Shown: positions 25,670-34,319 of the stretch, piece after piece
How positions within the stretch are numbered: the first letter of the stretch is position 1
Layout of the letters: every line of letters begins with the position of its first letter
From: a virus
Virus record (IMG/VR): IMGVR_UViG_3300031565_000042
Length of the DNA: 55,822 nucleotides
Reading direction: 5' to 3' (one strand)
Made by a program: the position numbers and the translations under genes
The notes under the pieces: generated by a model
The model's input: only the letters and a program-made list of their open reading frames with translations
Database searches by the model: none
What the model was told of the DNA's origin: nothing

Positions 25670-26673
25670 TAAGCCACTTTCTCCACACCAAATTCAGAGG
25701 CGTTGAAGGTGGTATCCGTCCAAGCAGCGACGGCTTGTGGGTCTTGTTCCCAAATCTCTCGGATATTGGCCCATGCCGTACCCAGGACAAAATTGGCACC
25801 GTTAAAATTGACGGTGGTGGGTCTGGTCACTTGTCGAATGGTGGCAGCTCCACTATCCACCTGAGCCTGACAGTTGGCTTGCACCGCTAGGATGGTTGAC
25901 CCACCCGTGATGGTTGAGAGGTTAGCAAAGGTAAAAAGATCCAGATCGGTATTCGTGGCCGTGTCAATAAATGTGGTCAAATCGTCTATAGCTGGGCTTT
26001 CGTCTACGGCTTGCCAATGTGTAGCCGCCCCCGTGACATTGGCCCACTGCGTCACATTTCCGGCCCCGTCCGGTACCACATGTTCCACTTCGCAATCGCC
26101 TAAAAAATCATTGTTCAATGATCCGGTAATGTCGCAAATATACAGATCATCAAAATTGATGGTGCCTGCTAATCCGATCCCATCGATGGTAGGGGTTCCC
26201 GCATTGCCCGTGTCTTGGTTGGTTAAATTGAGCAACACTTCTCCGTTGTAGCGAATCTCCACAGTGCCCACTGTGTTGCTGACCAACACCTTCGCTTCCA
26301 AATATCCCCAGGTATCTTGTCGGATGCGACTCAATGTGCTGATGCCCAAAAGGTTGGAGGTGGGTGCGCCGCGATAGGCTGACACAAATCCACCAGGTTC
26401 CAGGCCGATCACGACATGCGTGGTTGCACCTTCCTTGAACGTGAACGCATTGCCCCGAGCGGTATTGGTCGTCCGAAAGATGGCGGCCCCTACAACATAG
26501 GTCGTTTGAGCTGGAACAGTAAGATCCACTGTAGCACTTGCACTATTGCACACCAACCCTTGTGTACTCCGTCTTCCTGATGAGGCGCCAATGGTGGCAT
26601 TTGACATTGCGGTCCACTTCCTCACAATGTCGGCGGTTTCATAGTGGTCGAATGAATCCATGAACAACAGCAT
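25669..26673 (-). CDS. paralogous fibre-like protein P1
   Basis: Shares with P2 and P3 the N-terminal (M)xLLFMxxFDHY...W motif, the central DDLYIxDxxGSxNNDFxGxC motif and the C-terminal WxQDPxxAAxWTxxxxNAxEFGxE motif. TGATG overlap with P2. Confidence 0.7.
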   Translation of the reverse strand: MLLFMDSFDHYETADIVRKWTAMSNATIGASSGRRSTQGLVCNSASATVDLTVPAQTTYVVGAAIFRTTNTARGNAFTFKEGATTHVVIGLEPGGFVSAYRGAPTSNLLGISTLSRIRQDTWGYLEAKVLVSNTVGTVEIRYNGEVLLNLTNQDTGNAGTPTIDGIGLAGTINFDDLYICDITGSLNNDFLGDCEVEHVVPDGAGNVTQWANVTGAATHWQAVDESPAIDDLTTFIDTATNTDLDLFTFANLSTITGGSTILAVQANCQAQVDSGAATIRQVTRPTTVNFNGANFVLGTAWANIREIWEQDPQAVAAWTDTTFNASEFGVEKVA

Positions 26674-27800
26674 CAGACTACCTCCATTCCAAAATTCGTT
26701 GCGTTGACTTCGCTCTCAAGCCACTGGGCAGCTGTTTCAGGATTTGTTTCCAAGATTTCTTTTTCGCCCATCATGACTGTCCATGATTCGGCGCTGACGC
26801 CCTGAAGGGTTTGATTGTAGATGGTGGCAACCGGCTGAACGAGGTGCCGCACTTGCACATCACCAGAATCATTTTGCTTTTTGATGTACGACCATGGTTG
26901 GACACCCAAGACCACTGATGGCAAGGGATGCACCGGCAGCGCGCTTCTCCCAAAGACATCACGTTCGAGTATTGGGGCTCCAGCCGCCAAAAGTCCCGAT
27001 GGTAGCAGATACGTCTTGCCGTCTTTAGGATCTTGCAGGCTTTCACCTGTCCACAGGAGAAAGCTTGCTGCGGTGGTGGCCGTTTCATTGTAACTGGTGT
27101 CTTCATCCACCGGCATCTCATCCACATTTTCGAAATGGTTGACTGAAGGTGTGGCGGTATCGAATTCTGCAATATCATCACTGATAGGGGACAACGTGTC
27201 GACTCGGCAATTTCCAAAGAAGTCGTTATTGACTGAGCCTGAATCATCCGCAATGTATAAGTCATCCACTCGCACACCCGCGCCGGTATTTCCCCGAAAG
27301 TCCACTGATTGAATGTTTGGAGAAGTGCCTGAGCCTTGGGTATCCACTCCACTGAGCATGAGCACAGTCACGTTATCTAATCGCACTTCAACGGTGCCCA
27401 AGGTGTTATGAACGAACAGCTTGCATTCAAGGTAGGTGTACGCATCCGTGATCACGGTTGCCACACTGGTCCCGAGTGACACGGTGCCTGATCGCAACAC
27501 TTCCACTGTTCCATTCACATTGATTCGTAACCGACACTGCACTGAACTTGCTGGGTCGCCCCACTCAATAAGATTGATCACGCCAGTGAGTGGGCTTAAA
27601 GGATTGACTGCAATGCCGACAATGCTCGTGCTGGTAGAATTCACTCCGACTTCAGCCGTGGTGCTAAAACTCCATAGAGCATTGCCGCCACCATTTCTTC
27701 CACTGGCTTGCAGAGTGGCCGTGCCAAACCGGCCCCATTTTTTTTGCAATTGCGCCACACTCAGCGCACCATCAAAGCCTTCCATAAATAGCAAAGCCAT
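26673..27800 (-). CDS. paralogous fibre-like protein P2 (carries extra segment shared with 42045..42443)
   Basis: Start at MALLFMEGFDG forms a TAATG overlap with the P3 stop. It contains SFLLWTGESLQDPKDGKTYLLPSGLLAAGAPI, which is absent from P1 and P3. Confidence 0.7.
   Translation of the reverse strand: MALLFMEGFDGALSVAQLQKKWGRFGTATLQASGRNGGGNALWSFSTTAEVGVNSTSTSIVGIAVNPLSPLTGVINLIEWGDPASSVQCRLRINVNGTVEVLRSGTVSLGTSVATVITDAYTYLECKLFVHNTLGTVEVRLDNVTVLMLSGVDTQGSGTSPNIQSVDFRGNTGAGVRVDDLYIADDSGSVNNDFFGNCRVDTLSPISDDIAEFDTATPSVNHFENVDEMPVDEDTSYNETATTAASFLLWTGESLQDPKDGKTYLLPSGLLAAGAPILERDVFGRSALPVHPLPSVVLGVQPWSYIKKQNDSGDVQVRHLVQPVATIYNQTLQGVSAESWTVMMGEKEILETNPETAAQWLESEVNATNFGMEVV
26966..27068. repeat. 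dispersed direct repeat copy A (partner 42338..42440), 100/103 identical
   Basis: Aligned by eye at an offset of 15372. Mismatches occur only at 26969, 26986 and 27045. Confidence 0.95.
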
Positions 27801-28822
27801 TATGCGACCTCCGCTCCCCATTCAGCCGTGTTGACTCCGGTTTCCGTCCAATCCGCTGCTGTGTCGGGATCTTGTTGCCACATCTCCACATAGTAATCGA
27901 ACAACGTGTCCAGTGGATTGATGGCCCCTTGGTAATTGGTCACCCCGACTCGTGCGATAGGCCGTAAGGATTTGGCCGTGACTTTATCTTTTCGTGCATA
28001 CACCAATTGCTGTACACCAAAAATTGCTGAACTTCCACCTGGATCAGAAAGGGTTTCCATGTCGTAGGTATCAATGTCAGCCGCATCTTCACTTGAAACA
28101 AACGTCACAGCATCGTCTGGTGTGAGGTCATCCACTTTGTCAAAATGTGTGATGGGTGACACAGGTTCAATGATGGGAAAATTTTGCACGGCGCCATCAG
28201 CGACCGGCACGAGGGATTCAATTCTCGTGTCGCCGAGTATGCCGTTTTGTGGAGCTGCTCCGGTGGTGTCCAAGATGTACACATCATCGAAGGTGAGCAC
28301 ACCCGTTGACCCATTGATTTCAATCGCATTGATTTCAGGGACCGCCCCAGCGTTATCAGTATCCAGAGCTGTGAGGCTTAACAGATTGGTATTGTTCATG
28401 TTCACCGTTACCACACCAACGGCCCCATCGACCGTACACAGCACTTCCAAATAATTATAAAAGCCTGGGAAGACCAACCCCGCACTTGTGATTCCCAGTT
28501 GGGTTAAATCTCCACGTAAGACTTCGATGGCTCCGGTGGGCGTGATGCGAATAATGACATGATCGGTTGCGCCTTCTTTGAAGATCAACAAATCACACAC
28601 CAGTAACAAATTCAGTTTAAAGGCAATGCCGACAACATAGGTAGCCAAGGCCGGAACGGTTTGCTCAAGCTTTTGTGCGGTACTTGGAAACTGGATGGCA
28701 TTCCCTGCTCGTCGACCAGCTCCGACCACCACTAACGGGACACCTGTTACGGTGGACCATCGTTGGGCAATGTTGGCTGTCGCATAATGATCGCCGCATG
28801 AGTTGACGTATACAAGACTCAT
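27800..28822 (-). CDS. paralogous fibre-like protein P3
   Basis: Same family as P1 and P2. ATGA overlap with the host-specificity gene. Confidence 0.7.
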   Translation of the reverse strand: MSLVYVNSCGDHYATANIAQRWSTVTGVPLVVVGAGRRAGNAIQFPSTAQKLEQTVPALATYVVGIAFKLNLLLVCDLLIFKEGATDHVIIRITPTGAIEVLRGDLTQLGITSAGLVFPGFYNYLEVLCTVDGAVGVVTVNMNNTNLLSLTALDTDNAGAVPEINAIEINGSTGVLTFDDVYILDTTGAAPQNGILGDTRIESLVPVADGAVQNFPIIEPVSPITHFDKVDDLTPDDAVTFVSSEDAADIDTYDMETLSDPGGSSAIFGVQQLVYARKDKVTAKSLRPIARVGVTNYQGAINPLDTLFDYYVEMWQQDPDTAADWTETGVNTAEWGAEVA

Positions 28823-31518
28823 GAAAAACTTCCTTCCCAGGTCAATTGGCTTTCCGCAAATCCAATATTACCTTCGTTTTGTATGATGGCTCCGACCCCA
28901 TAGATCACGCCATCAGAGGATTGTAACACTGAAGCCACCTCATACGGCCCACCAATGGCATAGGCCACGACATACACGCCAGTATTGTTGTCAGCGTCCC
29001 TCAACTGTGCCGTGTCCATAATAATCAGCACAACCGGCGCAGTGGTGAGCAAGCCAGGTTGCGGTTGCAAGCCTACGGCCCCAGGTGAAATGAAGTCAGC
29101 ATACACGCTGGTATCTTCTTCTGAGGCTTCCACATCCATCAGGTTCGGCAAACTCAGGGCCACACTATTTAATCGCACGTTGATTGGCCCTTGATCCGGC
29201 GACGTGATGATCACGATGTCCGTCGGTTCCAACGCAAAATATCGTTTGGAAAGTGTGAAAGTTTTCTTCGTGCGTTCAAACCAAAGATTGTGCAAGAGCA
29301 CATCCACCACCGATCGCCCCTCAGTGGCCGTGAGCACAATCGGGACGTCTTGGGTTCGCACCTGTTCAGATTCGGTAATCAATCTCCTGGCCTGAACCAC
29401 TCCAATTTTGTAGTCCGTGTCAAGGCTGATAAATCGCAAATCTAAACTGGTGGCCAATTCATTTTCTTGGATGCGTACTTGCTCAATGGGGTCGCCTGGT
29501 TCATTCACCGTTCGTCTGGCATTCATGTCTCCGGCTGGAATAGTCACCACTGGCGTGGCTCCCCTTGGAACGAATTTAATGACATCATCAGACTCCACCG
29601 CATCAAAGAAATAGGTCTGCATCAATGGTTGCAAGGCCGCTCGAACAGGTTGCCGCTTTGAAAGAGAATACCCGCGCACGGTGAACGGAATTAACAGCGA
29701 GACATCAATATCAGCGGCCGTGAGTGTGCCGCTCAGCTCCACAATGTCTGTGACGACTTTGGCCAGTGTCGGGGCTTTAGCTTTGGCTCCTTGGCCAAGT
29801 GGAAACTTGACGACACCCCCCAGCCCATCTAAGCGTGTGGCAATGCCAAAGGGCGCACCAGGGAAAGGTTGGAAGTCATCAAAAAACCCGCTGAACCCTA
29901 ACACGAATTCATCTATAAACCCGCCTGATTCTTTATTGACTCGCTTGGCTTTATTCTCAAGGCCAGACACTCTTCCTACCGCCCACACATCCCCCACGCC
30001 TTGATGGTAGCGCACACGAGTCGGCATGAAGTCATCACCGGCAATCTTAAAATCAAATTCCCAAATCTGATTCAAGTCTTTGTCCCACTTGGCAATGCGG
30101 CCATCAGTACTTAAGGCAAATTCAATCTTCGTATAAATCATTTCCTCTTCTGGATCCCAGGTGATGGAATGCCCATTATCGGCAAAGCTGGCCAAGCCAA
30201 CCACCTTTTTTTCCACGGTGCCATGTCGAAGTAAAAATAAATTTCCGCTTGAATCCACTACCGCCACACCTTCATCAATTGACACCCAATCAGCCACGTA
30301 CCGTCCACCAGCCACGTTCCAGGCATTGTCTGGAGCTTGAGGGTTGGGCTGCTGAATACCCGGAGCCAAGGGATTCAGGCCGAAGGTTTGCAATCCACTA
30401 CAGGCCCCATTGGTCAACCCGATAAACAAGGTAGGCGAGTTCCCAATGACTGGCCCATCCAAATTGATCGAACTGAGATCCACAATGCACTGGCCGGGCC
30501 AGCAAAAAAGTGATCCACCAAAAGGACTGGGAATGGTATCCAACACTCTGCACGAAGCATCAGTGGCCAACGCAATCACTTCTCCACCTAAGCCATCGGG
30601 CGTTCCTGATGCCACCCACATTTTCGGTCCGATGGTGGCCGTGGTCACCGTCCCCAAAAAGTCCACATTGACCGCCACGAAGGCTGGCATGTAGGAAATC
30701 CCAACAGGTGTTATGATTCCTTCATGAGCACAAACCCTAGATAAACCGTTATTGCATTGATAAACATCTACATGATCTGTTCCAGCCCTAGTTGCCCAAA
30801 TCAATCCGGTGTCTGGATCTATCGCAATGCGGCCATTCCCTCCACCCGTGGGCGAATCCACGACTTCCACCAAAGGCAAGACAGGATCGCCATTAGCATG
30901 AACTTCAAAGTGTAAGGTCGGAATGCCGTTATTGAATGGAGTCAAATCCAACCGCCTGAGCATGATGTATGCCTCACCACGATAGGCAGGCACATTGCCC
31001 ACGCCTTTATCCGCTTCAATCAATGGGTCAGGGAGTTGTGAGTCCGTGCCGAAATAAATTTTGGCGTTCAAGCCTTTGGCGTGTGGTGGGTTGGAAAAAT
31101 CATAGAACAATTGATCGTTGGCCCATACTCTTCCTATCCCATCAATCTGGTGATGGGCAAGAGAAATTTGCAAATCGACTTCGTAGGAAAATGAAATAGA
31201 TTCTTGTTTCGGGCTTCCACCTTTGCCCCCGCCTGATTGACTTTGCTTGTGAGCAATTTCCCTGATGTCTGAATTCCAAATAATATTTCCAGCCACTCGC
31301 ACCGACCCGAACAGGTGCGGAATAGGGTTTCCGTAGGCACTGACCTGTACTTGTAAATCGCCCAACTGTGGTCCAAGTTGAGCCGGTGGATCAGGCCCAG
31401 GAAAAAGCAACGCCCCTGCAATTCCTCCAATGGCCAACCCCAACCCAGGCACACCAAAGAAGGCCCCGACAATACCGCCAGCGACGACGAGGCCCAGTCG
31501 TGCTTGTGAATCACTCAT
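28819..31518 (-). CDS. host-specificity / central tail protein (RcGTA g15-like, gpJ-like)
   Basis: 899 aa. It has a Gly-rich hydrophobic N-terminus, then LQVQVSAYGNPIPHLFGSVRVAGNIIWNSDI, which is typical of GTA g15-like proteins. It follows the NlpC/P60 gene. Confidence 0.75.
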   Translation of the reverse strand: MSDSQARLGLVVAGGIVGAFFGVPGLGLAIGGIAGALLFPGPDPPAQLGPQLGDLQVQVSAYGNPIPHLFGSVRVAGNIIWNSDIREIAHKQSQSGGGKGGSPKQESISFSYEVDLQISLAHHQIDGIGRVWANDQLFYDFSNPPHAKGLNAKIYFGTDSQLPDPLIEADKGVGNVPAYRGEAYIMLRRLDLTPFNNGIPTLHFEVHANGDPVLPLVEVVDSPTGGGNGRIAIDPDTGLIWATRAGTDHVDVYQCNNGLSRVCAHEGIITPVGISYMPAFVAVNVDFLGTVTTATIGPKMWVASGTPDGLGGEVIALATDASCRVLDTIPSPFGGSLFCWPGQCIVDLSSINLDGPVIGNSPTLFIGLTNGACSGLQTFGLNPLAPGIQQPNPQAPDNAWNVAGGRYVADWVSIDEGVAVVDSSGNLFLLRHGTVEKKVVGLASFADNGHSITWDPEEEMIYTKIEFALSTDGRIAKWDKDLNQIWEFDFKIAGDDFMPTRVRYHQGVGDVWAVGRVSGLENKAKRVNKESGGFIDEFVLGFSGFFDDFQPFPGAPFGIATRLDGLGGVVKFPLGQGAKAKAPTLAKVVTDIVELSGTLTAADIDVSLLIPFTVRGYSLSKRQPVRAALQPLMQTYFFDAVESDDVIKFVPRGATPVVTIPAGDMNARRTVNEPGDPIEQVRIQENELATSLDLRFISLDTDYKIGVVQARRLITESEQVRTQDVPIVLTATEGRSVVDVLLHNLWFERTKKTFTLSKRYFALEPTDIVIITSPDQGPINVRLNSVALSLPNLMDVEASEEDTSVYADFISPGAVGLQPQPGLLTTAPVVLIIMDTAQLRDADNNTGVYVVAYAIGGPYEVASVLQSSDGVIYGVGAIIQNEGNIGFAESQLTWEGSFS

Positions 31519-32012
31519 GCAACCCGCCTCATCCGGAAAACGTGTTCAATCTTTTCCATCCATTCCTGATCCAATCCATGTTCGGTGACTTTCCGAAATT
31601 GCGCTGAGCTATGGAGCACACCAAGATTTGTGATGATGGCCACATGGCGACACGGAATTCTTAAGTGGTCATCCATGAACCGCATCAACACTAAATCTCC
31701 CGCCTGCATTTCTGCTTTCGTGATCTTGTCAAATAGTCGATTCATTTCACTGAACAAAAATTTCTGGTCAGGATGGTGGGTATAATTGTTCGGAATGGGA
31801 ATGTCTCGGCCAATCTCTTTCGCCACTTCAGAAAATAATCCGATGCAATCAATCCCGCTCTTCGAACGACCTTGATGCCTGAACTTGCTGCCCATCCATT
31901 TCCGCGAATGGAGAATGATTTGCTGCACTTCAACATCGGTCCAGGTGGGTTTACTTCCCTCCTGAATCTTGGTCGATTTTGGCTGGGCTGACTCTAAAAT
32001 TTTGACTGACAT
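31515..32012 (-). CDS. NlpC/P60 cell-wall peptidase (RcGTA g14-like)
   Basis: GIDCIGLFSEV carries the catalytic Cys context and a downstream CRHVAII supplies the His. The track start overlaps the upstream gene by 62 nt, so the true start is uncertain. Confidence 0.7.
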   Translation of the reverse strand: MSVKILESAQPKSTKIQEGSKPTWTDVEVQQIILHSRKWMGSKFRHQGRSKSGIDCIGLFSEVAKEIGRDIPIPNNYTHHPDQKFLFSEMNRLFDKITKAEMQAGDLVLMRFMDDHLRIPCRHVAIITNLGVLHSSAQFRKVTEHGLDQEWMEKIEHVFRMRRVA

Positions 32013-33021
32013 AGGGTTCGCCTTGGAAGTTGTGCGTGTTATTAAATTTGTCTTTGCAGTCGATAATCACTCGCTTGAAACAACCCAGTTGCACAGAGAA
32101 GGTGTCGCCCACGGTGAGGTCGAACCACATGGGCAACACCAGTTTAAAATTTCCATCAAGCATCACGTAGGCTTTCACTTCCATCTGTGCCCCAGCATTC
32201 AAGCCGGTCAACCATTCCAACAATCCACCCGTGAACAAATCATCGGCCTCTGTCCGATCAGAATTGAACACCCTTTTATTGCCGAATAGTGCCGTGACGG
32301 TGCCGGTGACTTTATTGGCTTGCACAGCAACCCAGGTCACGGTTCCATCAAGGGTGGTGTTGCCAATAGTGGTATCCCAAACGGGTTCGCTGGCTCCGGT
32401 GGTGCCAGAAATAGAACACCGAAAAAATCTTCCATTCTCTACCGTGGGTCTGACAGTCGCGCCAAGCTTGTAATCAAACGGAGTGATGTTGACCGTCAAA
32501 GTGGTGGCAGTCCAGACAGGTGGGTCCATCTTGACCCCACACACTGAGTCGCCCACATCGACACGGCAACCTGGTTGATACAGATCCAGCGTTTGTTTCG
32601 TGAATCCTTCCATGAGGCCACGAACTTCAGCGGTGAGTTTTTGCCTCCCGAGTGAGACTTTCCCAATACGCCCACGGCGCAGCTTGAGCACACCCGCCGC
32701 TGTGTCATTGGGATTGATGAGGAATAATCGAACATCAGCAAAATCCCATTTGCCTCGAAGCAAGTCAGGCCCATCAATGCCTGTTAACGATCGGTAGGTT
32801 GTGACATCCAGATTGTCTACGGACAGACCTGAATTGGATTGCAAAGCGGTCGGAGTTGCGGCATCAACGGCTGAAAAGGTGATGCCCTCAAACTGAATAG
32901 GTCGAGTGTAATTGGTGAAGCCGAGCACGGTGCCATCTTTGGCCGTGAGTCTTATGCAGGCATTCAAGGTCGCTGACGAGCTGGCCAGGTACCCATCCAT
33001 GGCTGTGGTCGTGGTCTTCAT
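31951..33021 (-). CDS. DUF2163 / BR0599-like distal tail protein (RcGTA g13-like)
   Basis: N-terminal LNACIRLTAKDGTVLGFTNYTRPIQFEGITFSA is typical of DUF2163. Gene order matches. Confidence 0.7.
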   Translation of the reverse strand: MKTTTTAMDGYLASSSATLNACIRLTAKDGTVLGFTNYTRPIQFEGITFSAVDAATPTALQSNSGLSVDNLDVTTYRSLTGIDGPDLLRGKWDFADVRLFLINPNDTAAGVLKLRRGRIGKVSLGRQKLTAEVRGLMEGFTKQTLDLYQPGCRVDVGDSVCGVKMDPPVWTATTLTVNITPFDYKLGATVRPTVENGRFFRCSISGTTGASEPVWDTTIGNTTLDGTVTWVAVQANKVTGTVTALFGNKRVFNSDRTEADDLFTGGLLEWLTGLNAGAQMEVKAYVMLDGNFKLVLPMWFDLTVGDTFSVQLGCFKRVIIDCKDKFNNTHNFQGEPYVSQNFRVSPAKIDQDSGGK

Positions 33022-33023
33022 GG

Positions 33024-34109
33024 TTAGTCGTTGAACAAACCCACCATCGGGACATCAGGAATATCACCCAATTCAAAAGCTGCCAACGATACCATCATTT
33101 CATCCATATCAAATCGCACCGGCACATCGAATTCTCCTGTCCAATCCATCACATCGGTCCCTGGTTGCAAGTGCATTTCCGCATCACCACCTGAAACATA
33201 TTCTGTGAAGGCTGAGGAATCGATAGCGATGTCAAAACGATCAGATCCATCAATAGTGATGGGAGCAAAGAGGTTATTGATTTGCGTCATGCCAGTGACG
33301 TTAATGATGAAAATGATTTCGGTGGAGGAATAACCGTGAGCGATACTTCTTACCCTGGCCGGATTGCTTCGACTGATTCCTGGCTGCTGTGCTGTGGCTC
33401 CGGTTCCATCATAGGCGGTGAATAGAGTTGAATCTATTCCGACTAATTCAAAACTTGTCGTGCTTATTTGGTTGATAATATATTCGCCATCAGGAAGTTC
33501 CACCATGCCATTCGTCGCTGCACCTGCAATTTTTATATAATCATTGTCGATAAAGTCATTGGCCGCCACCGTCACCAAAGCAGGACTTGCTAAGCTGATT
33601 GCGCTAATTGCAAAGACACTGGAGCTTGCAATAGGATTTGTCGCGTCAGGGGTTAACGTCGCAAGGCCCGTGGTCAAGTCCAACGAGAAGGCAGCGAAAG
33701 GGGCTGAATTCCGCCTCATCGTCACAGCCGGACTTGCCACGGGTTTGCGAATAGTCCGAACAAACGTGGTTGGTCCAGAAGGGTAATTCTTCACCAGTTG
33801 GATTTGGTTTGATCCATCAACCGTCATGACTTGCAGGCTGGCTTCAAAATCCCTGAAGTCTTTGTACCGAAAGCCTCTGAACTTTCCCATCCGTGCATAG
33901 AAAAAATCCACAACCAGATTGATGTCAGCAATGCTTTTCAATCCGCTTCGGGCATTGAACCGCTGATCCGCATCACCATAAATCGCCACTCGTGATTCAA
34001 AAGCATTTTCTTGCCGGACCACATCGGTAAGGAAGACCGGCCCACCTCTTGACCCGTAAGCAATGCGCGGAGGAAATTGTACTTCGTCAAAAGCCATCAG
34101 CTGCCCCAC
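33024..34109 (-). CDS. DUF2460 distal tail protein (RcGTA g12-like) with inserted domain
   Basis: FDEVQFPPRIAYGSRGGPVFLTDVV...FNARSGL is the DUF2460 signature. Confidence 0.7.
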   Translation of the reverse strand: MGQLMAFDEVQFPPRIAYGSRGGPVFLTDVVRQENAFESRVAIYGDADQRFNARSGLKSIADINLVVDFFYARMGKFRGFRYKDFRDFEASLQVMTVDGSNQIQLVKNYPSGPTTFVRTIRKPVASPAVTMRRNSAPFAAFSLDLTTGLATLTPDATNPIASSSVFAISAISLASPALVTVAANDFIDNDYIKIAGAATNGMVELPDGEYIINQISTTSFELVGIDSTLFTAYDGTGATAQQPGISRSNPARVRSIAHGYSSTEIIFIINVTGMTQINNLFAPITIDGSDRFDIAIDSSAFTEYVSGGDAEMHLQPGTDVMDWTGEFDVPVRFDMDEMMVSLAAFELGDIPDVPMVGLFND

Positions 34110-34318
34110 TTCGGTTGATAGGGTTGATGAATATACACTCGGACTTGATTGGGGAGACCAGGTACTTGATCCAATCGTGAATCAGGCCGACACCAACAAT
34201 GCCCACCTTCAGCCCAATGTTCTCCGGTGTTCGGTGCCACTTCATGAACGGATTCCACTTGGTCAGAGAATTCTTTCATCTGGCAACAGTACACATGATC
34301 CATTTTGAAGTAATACAT
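34097..34318 (-). CDS. small Cys/His-rich protein
   Basis: ATG lies one nt after the tape-measure stop. The product has HVYCCQ...HWAEGGHCWCRP. It fills the 210-nt gap between the tape-measure and DUF2460 genes. Confidence 0.55.
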   Translation of the reverse strand: MYYFKMDHVYCCQMKEFSDQVESVHEVAPNTGEHWAEGGHCWCRPDSRLDQVPGLPNQVRVYIHQPYQPKWGS

Positions 34319-34319
34319 G

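Noticed and set aside
26966-27068. Diversity-generating retroelement (template/variable repeat pair) as the explanation for the 103-bp repeat
   Set aside because: No reverse transcriptase or accessory gene is present anywhere in the genome. The three mismatches are G/C, G/A and A/G rather than adenine-specific substitutions in one copy. The two copies are also 15 kb apart.
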